Assembly (NCBI GenBank): GCA_963662715.1
Contig: OY759724.1
Span: 1,440,001 to 1,472,000, forward strand
From: Candidatus Omnitrophota bacterium
Lineage (GTDB): Bacteria > Omnitrophota > Gorgyraeia > Zapsychrales > JANLHA01
Reading direction: 5' to 3'
DNA: 32,000 nucleotides
In this document: piece by piece, positions 25,501-30,925 of the stretch
How positions within the stretch are numbered: the first letter of the stretch is position 1
Layout: every line of letters starts with the position of its first letter
The notes under the pieces: model-generated
Database searches by the model: none
Told to the model about the DNA's origin: nothing
What the model saw: only the letters and a program-made list of their open reading frames with translations
Program-made: the position numbers and the translations under genes

Positions 25501-26455
25501 GGAAAAAGCATTATCAGAAAAAGACAGGACCCTTCCACAGATGATCAAAGAAGCCAAGCAGCCGCTGGAAGAGGAAATAAAAATGTTAAAGCAGCAGTTG
25601 AAGTCTAAGGAGAAAGATTTGCCTCAGCAGATGGCGGAAGTCCGCAGGCCTTTGGAACAAGAGATAAAAGATCTGAAGAAGGAATTGAAAGAGGCTGAAA
25701 GTTCTCTCCCTGGGCAAATGGCGGAAGCGAAAGCCCCTCTCGAGGAGAATATCCGGTCATTGGAAAAAGAGCTTAAACAGGTCCAGGGGGCATTGCCGGA
25801 ACAATTGGCGAAGGCCAAAGAACCGCTTGACCGGGAAATAGCTCAATTGAAACAACAGCTTAAAGATGCGGATAAGGCGGTTAAAATTAAAATTGCGGAA
25901 GCTCGGAAACCACTGGATATCAGGATCAAGGCCTTGGAGGAGGAGCTGAAATCCGTTCAGAAGGATACGAATCAGCAGTTGAACGAGGAAAGAAATCAGC
26001 ATGAGAAAGCCTTAGGCGAAGTTCAGCAGCAGATAAAATCTTTTGAGGACACCGTGCAGAAGAAAGATGCTGAAATGCAGAATTTGTCTAAAGAAGTCGA
26101 TCGCCTGACGATCAGCCTTTCGGCGATGCAGCAGGAGAATATCTTTCTGAATAATGAATTGGATTCATCCAAGAAGTCCATGCAGACGGTTAAAGACGAA
26201 TTGACCCAGAAGAATTCAAAGAAAATAACCGAGCTGGAGGAGAAGGTCCGCTTTTTGATGGAGCTTTTGGATCAGAAAGAAGCTCTTGTCCAGGAGAAGA
26301 CTAAGATATTGCAGGAGAGAGATCAGCAAATTTCAGCGTTGACTCAGGAAGCGGATGAGTTGGCCAAAGATTATTTTTCAATACTTGATAAAAATGTGGC
26401 TTTAAGCGAGAAGGTGGAAAAATTAGAGAAGCAGCTTTCGGGGGCGGCTCGTTAG
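19535..26455 (+). CDS. exported giant (2306 aa) proline-punctuated helical-repeat protein built of 29-residue units
   Basis: The reading frame is uninterrupted for 6.9 kb. A Sec-type signal peptide (MKRYSKNITWIFSFSLVFVLFFSGAPEA) leads into E/K/L/Q-rich, Cys-free sequence. I count about 40 copies of x-P-L-x-E-x-I-x-x-L spaced exactly 29 aa apart. All other ORFs in this span are shadows of the repeat. Confidence 0.9.
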   Translation: MKRYSKNITWIFSFSLVFVLFFSGAPEAKTNGASLTQKVETLLRKYEDLREQNKSLKEDLERANELATKYKGKLIDAEDSLLELQRQMQNQSEETKGGQDARQEKLKKELDQVRQEAGEYEKQLSEKKSLLKDLQAKIQKQAEQLEGARTELEEQKKQLSQKKSGAEDLEQVIAKLRDENQRLKEDIEESRKTMRDIKTSFKEDESSLKESLEKELRELKQEVQIRGAFVRDGEEQIESLKAEKTQLMENIKTLEEKVDDLSGRRDRKEESVARKIEKVRQPLEEKINELQTQLEDLKKTEPQKIEEAQKPLNEKIKALTNENVSLRKSVKDEVRAAREPLEEDIKELRGQLKEAQEQMKEQALQSDKADAEQVQEWQEKLRAAEESGEEKEQEARILKEQVDQVKKQLAGLEEENQTLREESESFKKDLKKERELAEKDLEATKSSLQEKIDDLQQELKTSGKKKTEKLLRQQEDLEREKLALEEQIQTIEKAVPGKIEEAKQPLQEKIDSLQEALKEARRSKDEKAAQKEESLRDEISELREQLKQANKITAEKVEAAKALLLDQVAALEQQLEDQKARLPEKIEEAKREEQEEIVMLEARIREKEQELSAQEEAIKNKYEKKFKSQEKELNQLKVNVTEEQAEKRKAEVEIERLSRELKSLQKSENSHQKELASLQDRLKRQDARSDQLVEDKTANYRVRISDLEEELKKVRESAQLQVDEATQVKENEIEKLTRKIESIESSIPEKIARAKQPLEEEIKELNKKIRLDKNSKKEDLQKAQEPLEEKIKDLETRIEEQEAEWQARVEGAKEPLLEQVRDLEARLKEKDSEVAGRVDKAREPLLEQVRDLEARLKEKDSEVAGRVDKVQEPLLEQVRDLEARLKEKDSEVAGRIDKAREPLLEKVQDLEARLKEKDSEVAGRIDKAREPLLEKVQDLEARLKEKDSEVAGRIESVKTPLEDKIAALKEELKSVRQEGEDRLKEDQKDKKEEIEKVRQEFKEYKNRVSEKISKAKEPLEEKILQLEDRLKEQKEEGARQVEEAQAVLRQEIGKLEAELKEKDAGLTVGLEEAKEPLVGQIQALEEKLKEKDTVMAQRIEEEKAAFQEKIAVLQEELRTARAEAEVRLKEEQGKSAAEIEKVQQELREYKDKVSEKIARAKEPLQDKIEKLKEDLKEAKSRRSTALQDAQAPLEEKIRDLEEQLKEQEKKWAEKAEEARQPLVEQVQVLEEKIKEKESGIEQQIEDAKVPLYDELAAVKEELQTVRADHEERLKEAAQEKSEELRKLQEELDGYKNSVADKIAEAKKPLEERIAELEQDFKTAQEKHEGVLQEAQKPWEEKVLNLESRIKERDEEWEEKVAESQEALLKQIKSLETDLRLKGSKIAEKIKLAKAPLEEEILSLEQALKDKDKELEKKIEEAKFPLEIKIRGLVQKLDDFEASIPGVVRKSRRPLEAKIVDMKEEMETLQNSIQEKIAEAKVPLEKDNAQLRDKVQEIQLSVAEKVAKAKESLEDDNQRLKQELQEQEQSMAEKIASARQPLEEKISAQQEEMKELKNSISTRIEEAKTSLQEKIDYLLEKMKTDETSFKEELKAAQEATRQGKEDVRGPLENEIQQLKSEIKESGVLIKEQEKTIKQITKEKDDLLRELNIAEDKQNKMNELVDRSKEEQRQLQADIPEKVQEAKEPLLEKIRQLEVKIDEINRETAAKIEQAKQPLQERVEDLSAKLKEKDAALSQEISKAKAPLENKIETVKQEIIEKDRNIQSHLKEKDNLNKELVAALKENTSLNDSVMTLKRELQAAQDKLQTDVSETRRGYEQKIADLESRLKKAEGSLPDQINAVKVPLIDKIATLEETLKERDAKEAQRISEVRTPLEGKIQNLQQQLQERDASLSQKVQEAKAPLEAEIQSLKTQLQSHQQSLPEQIQDVRRPLEEEISSLKTLLRENEKFMSQQESKIQDKSQSLSRAQEELTNLQKMLEETKTKKDSAEKALSEKDRTLPQMIKEAKQPLEEEIKMLKQQLKSKEKDLPQQMAEVRRPLEQEIKDLKKELKEAESSLPGQMAEAKAPLEENIRSLEKELKQVQGALPEQLAKAKEPLDREIAQLKQQLKDADKAVKIKIAEARKPLDIRIKALEEELKSVQKDTNQQLNEERNQHEKALGEVQQQIKSFEDTVQKKDAEMQNLSKEVDRLTISLSAMQQENIFLNNELDSSKKSMQTVKDELTQKNSKKITELEEKVRFLMELLDQKEALVQEKTKILQERDQQISALTQEADELAKDYFSILDKNVALSEKVEKLEKQLSGAAR
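21974..22408 (+). repeat. 5 x 87-bp near-identical in-frame tandem repeat (unit EPLLEQVRDLEARLKEKDSEVAGRVDKAR)
   Basis: Copies start at 21974, 22061, 22148, 22235 and 22322. Copies 1 and 2 differ at about 10 of 87 nt. Copies 4 and 5 are identical over the first ~77 nt apart from one synonymous C/T, and copy 5 diverges only at its 3' end. Confidence 0.95.
22394..23698 (+). repeat. 3 x 435-nt (145-aa = 5 x 29) second-order super-repeat, diverged, no indels
   Basis: Units span aa 954..1098, 1099..1243 and 1244..1388. All three align column for column, for example IExxKxPL..., E.RLKE..., EYK..VS/AEKI..AKEPL and AQ.P.EEK. A partial fourth copy (unit positions 59..145) precedes them from aa 751. 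Confidence 0.85.
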
Positions 26456-26488
26456 CGCTTCCTTTTTTGGGAAGTGAATCTTTAAAGA

Positions 26489-27679
26489 ATGATGTCTCAT
26501 AGATTATTTGCAAAAAAAATAAAGATATTCCTGTTTTTTTTCTTGGGAGTTCTTTTCTTTGAAAAGACCATTCTCCTGTCTCAGGTCTATGGAGAAGAAA
26601 AAGCCTCCCTGCCGCTGGATTCCCGTCATCAAGTCATACAAGATGCTTTGGATTATCAGGAGGAGCTGGACGATATCGTTCAGCATAAAAGAGCAGAAAC
26701 GCCACCTCCGCCTTTTGATCCTCGTGCCGTGATCTCAGAAGATGACCTCCTGCCTGACCGCCTGCCGCAATTCCTTCCGGATGAATTTAGTGCGAACCCC
26801 AGGACGGTTCTGGACCGGGATGAAGTTGTCCGGGAAGCTTTGAATGAAGTAGAAATCGGCCTCGAAACATATGCCATCAGCTACCGAGAGCCGGGGCTCA
26901 TGAAGGATCAGGGGATTCTGAGCGGTTTGTACGGCTCCTATACTTACCGTACCAGGGACAATCAGCAGATTCAGAGTTTTAAAGATGCCTGGAGAGACCG
27001 CTTCAAAATTAACAAATTTATGGCGGAAGGGCGTTTGGCTCGGGGAAAAGTGGATTATGAATCAGACGACAGCGGGACGCTTGACGGGCTGCCGTATTAT
27101 ACCTTTGAACTGCGCGGTCTTTTGGCGTATGAAATGCCCATGATCCCTTCCGGGTGCATCACGCCTTATTTTGGTGTCGGTTTTAGATATTTGAAGGATG
27201 ACAGCGGCGGGAAAACGACAACAACCGGACATTGGTCTTATGACCGGGAGTCCCGATATATTTATATCCCTATCGGTTTAGAGATCACAAAGCAGTTGAA
27301 GAACAAATGGTCTGTCGGGTTGACCTGCGAATATGACATCTTCCTGTTCGGGAAGCAAAAGAGCCATTTGGAAGACGGCGGGGCGTGGATTCTTGATGAC
27401 GGACAGTATTATGCTTTGGATACTTTGGAAAACGACCAGGAAGAAGGGTTTGGTTTAAGGGGGTCTCTAAAAATTATGCGGCAGCATGAAAAATGGGATT
27501 TTGTTTTTGAACCTTTCGTAAGATATTGGAGTTTAAAGGATTCTTTATTAGCACAATGGACTTCTTTGAGCGGCAGTGTCTTGTGGTATTCTGACCCGGC
27601 TTACCGGTATCCCATTTATGGATATGAACCGGAGAACCATACAACGGAGTATGGCTTTCGTCTGGGCGTGAATTATTAA
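26489..27679 (+). CDS. predicted outer-membrane beta-barrel protein with a Pro/acid-rich N-terminal linker
   Basis: The product is 396 aa and starts 33 nt after the giant-gene stop. It has a signal peptide (IKIFLFFFLGVLFFEKTILLSQVYG). An acidic, proline-rich region (ETPPPPFDPRAVISEDDLLPDRLPQFLPDEF) is followed by about 270 aa with alternating-hydrophobic strands, ending in an aromatic residue (YGFRLGVNY). Confidence 0.6.
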   Translation: MMSHRLFAKKIKIFLFFFLGVLFFEKTILLSQVYGEEKASLPLDSRHQVIQDALDYQEELDDIVQHKRAETPPPPFDPRAVISEDDLLPDRLPQFLPDEFSANPRTVLDRDEVVREALNEVEIGLETYAISYREPGLMKDQGILSGLYGSYTYRTRDNQQIQSFKDAWRDRFKINKFMAEGRLARGKVDYESDDSGTLDGLPYYTFELRGLLAYEMPMIPSGCITPYFGVGFRYLKDDSGGKTTTTGHWSYDRESRYIYIPIGLEITKQLKNKWSVGLTCEYDIFLFGKQKSHLEDGGAWILDDGQYYALDTLENDQEEGFGLRGSLKIMRQHEKWDFVFEPFVRYWSLKDSLLAQWTSLSGSVLWYSDPAYRYPIYGYEPENHTTEYGFRLGVNY

Positions 27680-28076
27680 AAAGAGGCGAATATCCGGACG
27701 TGTTGTTGCCGGCAAAACAAGCCCTTCTGAATTTTTCAAAAGCCGTTCGGTTAAACTCCAGAATAATACAGCTATCGAGAATATTGTTCCGTTATTGTCC
27801 CTGAATTTTGGGGACGCGGAAATTCAGGCCTTATGTCACGATGTCAAAACAGGGCTTGTTCCTCTTCGATGTTCGGGATTCCGGCAAAGTATCGCTCAGA
27901 AAGACTTTGTTCCGTCTGAATATTTGTCTTTCGCTTGTTTCAAAATAACATTTAAGATACAATAAGCAACTGAAAGTTGTTTTATAAAGCCTTTCAGCCT
28001 TCTCTAAGAATAATCCGTTCAGTTAAGCGACGGCGCGCCGCCCGGGGGTGTTTTCGCGATTTGGAATTGTGTCTGG

Positions 28077-28096
28077 GAGTGTTAAGTGTCTTTTTG
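28077..28096 (+). repeat. copy B of the shared GTGTC-repeat motif (GAGTGTTAAGTGTCTTTTTG)
   Basis: The motif lies 40 nt upstream of the ATG at 28137. Its wider context is GTGTCtgggaGTGTTaaGTGTCttttt, which matches copy A at 8685..8706. Confidence 0.5.
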
Positions 28097-28136
28097 CGGC
28101 ATATTATTTGTAAAGACTTCTTGAAAAAGATAAACT

Positions 28137-28616
28137 ATGGACAGAACCCTTCACAATAAATTCATGCGCAAAGCCATTTTGAAAGCCCGGGAAGGTTTGC
28201 GGCAGGGGCAGACCCCGTTTGGAGCCTGTATCGTTAAAGAAAACCAGGTGGTCAGTTGCGAGCATAATGGCGTCTGGAGAGGCCGGGATATTACCGCTCA
28301 CGCTGAGGTGCGGGCTATCCGGCAGGCGTGTAAAAAATTGCGGACCATAGATCTCTCCGGCTGTATTATTTATTCTACCTGTGAACCCTGTCCGATGTGT
28401 TTCAGCGCTTGCCACTGGGCGAGAATTTCGAAGATCTTTTTCGGGGCCCGCATCCGCGATGCTCAAAAGATCGGGTTTAATGAACTGCCGATATCCAATC
28501 AGCAAATGAAGACGCTGGGGGGCAGCCGGATGACAATCATCCCCGGTATTTTACGAGCAGAAAACCTCAAACTGTTTCGGGACTGGCAGAACGGCCGTAA
28601 TGGACGGAGCTATTAA
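28137..28616 (+). CDS. guaD: CDA-fold nucleoside deaminase, guanine deaminase (GuaD) type
   Basis: The product is 159 aa with zinc motifs HAEVRAI and CEPCPMC. The blocks PFGACIVKEN, CIIYSTCEPCPMCFSACHWARISKIFFG and the C-terminal FRDWQN closely follow the B. subtilis GuaD pattern as I recall it. TadA cannot be fully excluded. Confidence 0.8.
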   Translation: MDRTLHNKFMRKAILKAREGLRQGQTPFGACIVKENQVVSCEHNGVWRGRDITAHAEVRAIRQACKKLRTIDLSGCIIYSTCEPCPMCFSACHWARISKIFFGARIRDAQKIGFNELPISNQQMKTLGGSRMTIIPGILRAENLKLFRDWQNGRNGRSY

Positions 28617-28630
28617 GAGGAGTGGGCGAT

Positions 28631-29230
28631 ATGAAACAGAAATCCTGGGTGCTCGATTTTTTGGCTGTTTTTTTTCTGTTGTTTGGCATCCTTTGGCTGG
28701 TGACGATTTACAACCGGTGTCAGGTGATTTCCCCTGAACGGCAAGTTCACTCCGGGTTAAGATATTCTTATTCCCGTATGGGTGTCATGCGGACCGCACG
28801 GAGCCTCGCGTCTTTTTCTTCTCATATCCGGCCGGCGCATATCCTGTATTTCTGGGCCCTGGCATCCATGGAAATGATGTGCAGCCTGCTTTACATTGTC
28901 GGGGGTTTTGCATTATTCAGAAGATATAAGTTCGGGTACAGCTTAAGCCAGTATGCCTTGTGGTTTGACTTGTTGTACAAGATTCTGACGGCGGCCTATA
29001 TGTTTTTAATCGCTGTGCCCCTGCAGTGCCTGTTGAAGAACAGCAACAATATACTGCTCAATTATTACTTGCCGGACCGGAGCGCGTTTTCGGATTTTTC
29101 AGCGTTCTTCTCCGGCCTCAGGTTTTATTATCCGGAAATTAATTTTTCAGTTATTGTTTATTCCATGTATTTTATTTTTGTTTATGCTTTCATCAAGCAA
29201 AGAGTCTGTGAAGTCCGGGAGATGTCATAA
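28631..29230 (+). CDS. polytopic membrane protein (unknown family)
   Basis: The product is 199 aa from the ATG at 28631, 8 nt after AAGAGGAG. It has 4-5 hydrophobic segments. The gene is tightly spaced after guaD. Confidence 0.6.
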   Translation: MKQKSWVLDFLAVFFLLFGILWLVTIYNRCQVISPERQVHSGLRYSYSRMGVMRTARSLASFSSHIRPAHILYFWALASMEMMCSLLYIVGGFALFRRYKFGYSLSQYALWFDLLYKILTAAYMFLIAVPLQCLLKNSNNILLNYYLPDRSAFSDFSAFFSGLRFYYPEINFSVIVYSMYFIFVYAFIKQRVCEVREMS

Positions 29231-29326
29231 CCTTTTTTTATAACATTGCGATTGAGGCTGGCCGGACCGCTTGGACACGCATTTTATTTTTTAAAGATGA
29301 ACGTGACCCTTGCTAAGGAGGTTCCA

Positions 29327-29743
29327 GTGAAAAAGAATATTCTGTTTTTTATTTTTATGTTTATTGTGTCGGGATGCGCCTCGACCGATCCTTATTCTTA
29401 CCGGGAGATTCCGGTGGCTTCGCGGCGTTTCTTAAGCCTTCGACAGATCTACGTCGGAATGACCCGGCAGGAAGTGGCCAGTGTGTTGGGCAGCCAGGTT
29501 ATTGTCGGTTATGAAATACACGATGATACAAGCGACCAGTATTCTCCCATCACGGTTAAGAATCCTTACCGGCAAGAAGAATATGTCAAAGGCAATAAAA
29601 TTTATAATATTGATTATTATTTTGTCGGCATTGACACCGCGGACGGGACCATCTCCGATCAGGAGCTCGCTCCGCTTGTCTTTGTGAAAGATCAACTGAT
29701 GGGATACGGCTGGGACTACCTGAATAAAAAAGTCAAAAACTAG
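29327..29743 (+). CDS. lipoprotein, BamE/SmpA-OmlA-like
   Basis: The product is 138 aa from the GTG at 29327, 5 nt after AAGGAGG. It has a lipobox, ILFFIFMFIVSGC. The block IYVGMTRQEVASVLG is typical of the SmpA/OmlA fold. The upstream extension to 29246 lacks an SD. Confidence 0.6.
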   Translation: MKKNILFFIFMFIVSGCASTDPYSYREIPVASRRFLSLRQIYVGMTRQEVASVLGSQVIVGYEIHDDTSDQYSPITVKNPYRQEEYVKGNKIYNIDYYFVGIDTADGTISDQELAPLVFVKDQLMGYGWDYLNKKVKN

Positions 29744-29944
29744 TGTCATGACAAGCTGATTTTTGCACCCGAGGGGGTATAGGGGCGACGGGCCTCTCCA
29801 GGATTTTGCGGTTTCCCGGCGGGCGAAAGGGGCGCTTCTCTTGGCGGAAGAGCCTTTGCTGAGGGAGAAATTCATTGGGCGGGACACTTGTCCCGCTGAG
29901 AAAGGCGGGAAAGGACGCGTCTAGGAAAAGTCTGGGATTGATGT

Positions 29945-30925
29945 ATGTCGCATAAAAAGTATAAAGATATAGCCGTAAAAAATTTTATCCTGCATTACCA
30001 GCACGAGAGGCCTATCAATTGGGATTTTCATTTTCAGCAGTCAGCCCCGTTAGATTTAGAGATCGGATTCGGTTTGGGCGAGTTTCTTTTGAGCGAGGCG
30101 CAGAAGAACCCGGAACGTAATTTTGTGGGCATTGAACTTGACTGGCAAAGAATAAAAAAAACCTTAAGCAAAATCCGGGTGATCCGCCAATCCCCTGAAC
30201 AGCATTATAACGCAGATAATATCCGGGTTTTGCAAGTTGAGGCCAAGGTGGCTTTGCTGCGTTTGTTTCAGCCTTTGAGCCTTCATCGTGTTTTTTGCCT
30301 TTTCCCTTGCCCGTGGCCCAAGAAGGGGCACGTCAAATACCGGTTGTTTTCTCATTCTTTCTGCCGCCTGGTCAACAGCCGGCTGATTGAGGCCGGTACG
30401 GTGCAGATAGTGACGGATTATGAGCCTCATTTCTTGTGGCTTAAGGAAGAAGTCGTTGATGCAGGTTTTTCGTGGGAAGAGAACATCATCTCTCCGAGAT
30501 TCAATACAAAATTTGAACGAAAATGGCTGTCGGAAGGGCAGAAAGAGTTTTTTGAATTAACCTTGCATAAAGTCCAGCACATTGATATACCGATTCAGGA
30601 GGATATACCCTTGACCGTGTATTTTATTGATCAATTCGATGCCGAAAAATTTCATTTTAATAATGTCTCCGGATGCCCGTCCGTGATTTTGAAGGACTTT
30701 TTATATGATAGCGGCCGGAAAAAAGCCATGGTCCATCTGGTCGTCTCGGAAGAACATATTACTCAACATTTGTGGATTGTGATCGTTCATAGTAAGCGGG
30801 GGTGGTGCGTTGCCCAGGCAGCCGGCCAAACGGTTTTGCCCACGCCGGGGGCGGCCCTGGCGATCCGCATGGTTGCGGACGCCGTACGCCAAAGCGCTGA
30901 CCAGCCGGAGAAAAAGCATGCTTAA
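29945..30925 (+). CDS. trmB: tRNA (guanine46-N7)-methyltransferase TrmB with a C-terminal extension of about 100 aa
   Basis: The product is 326 aa. It has the SAM-binding block LDLEIGFGLGEFLL, then NFVGIEL, then the TrmB signature CLFPCPWPKKGHVKYRL. Sequence beyond about aa 215 has no counterpart in canonical TrmB proteins of 210-240 aa. Confidence 0.9.
   Translation: MSHKKYKDIAVKNFILHYQHERPINWDFHFQQSAPLDLEIGFGLGEFLLSEAQKNPERNFVGIELDWQRIKKTLSKIRVIRQSPEQHYNADNIRVLQVEAKVALLRLFQPLSLHRVFCLFPCPWPKKGHVKYRLFSHSFCRLVNSRLIEAGTVQIVTDYEPHFLWLKEEVVDAGFSWEENIISPRFNTKFERKWLSEGQKEFFELTLHKVQHIDIPIQEDIPLTVYFIDQFDAEKFHFNNVSGCPSVILKDFLYDSGRKKAMVHLVVSEEHITQHLWIVIVHSKRGWCVAQAAGQTVLPTPGAALAIRMVADAVRQSADQPEKKHA

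Larger units (their letters stand above)
20378..25996 (+). repeat. region of 87-nt (29-codon) periodic coding repeats, diverged
   Basis: The first P-L unit is at aa 282 (nt 20378) and the last at aa 2126 (nt 25910). Hand-checked Pro-to-Pro (or degenerate S/A) spacings are exactly 29 aa in more than 25 intervals. About 29 units run unbroken through aa 757..1597 (nt 21803..24325). Confidence 0.8.

Noticed and set aside
19661-26002. Many other ORFs of 60-270 aa in alternative frames or on the other strand within the giant gene, for example 23101..23916 (-, 271 aa, Ser-rich), 19661..20077 (-) and 24551..24835 (-).
   Set aside because: GAA/GAG/AAG-rich repetitive coding sequence is stop-poor in other frames. 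The translations are low-complexity (S/F/L-rich) and are fully nested in a 6.9-kb uninterrupted ORF with coherent repeat structure.
27977-28159. A 60-aa + strand ORF in the long spacer that runs into the deaminase start.
   Set aside because: It has no SD and a basic junk-like translation, and it overlaps the well-supported deaminase start region in another frame.
29432-29887. A 151-aa minus-strand ORF spanning the lipoprotein gene and the GC-rich spacer.
   Set aside because: It lies opposite a gene with SD, lipobox and an SmpA/OmlA-like motif. It has no start context and a junk-like sequence.
29921-29936. AGGAAAAGTCTGGGA, which resembles the RNase P RNA CR-I core (GAGGAAAGUCCGGGC).
   Set aside because: It is only a partial match. 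It lies immediately before the trmB ATG, and the other conserved RNase P regions and the ~350-nt scaffold are absent.
30810-30917. An upstream extension of the DD-carboxypeptidase ORF (MPRQPAKRFCPRRGRP...).
   Set aside because: It lies inside the trmB coding region in another frame and is Arg/Pro-rich junk. The ATG at 30918 has an SD and leads straight into a signal peptide.
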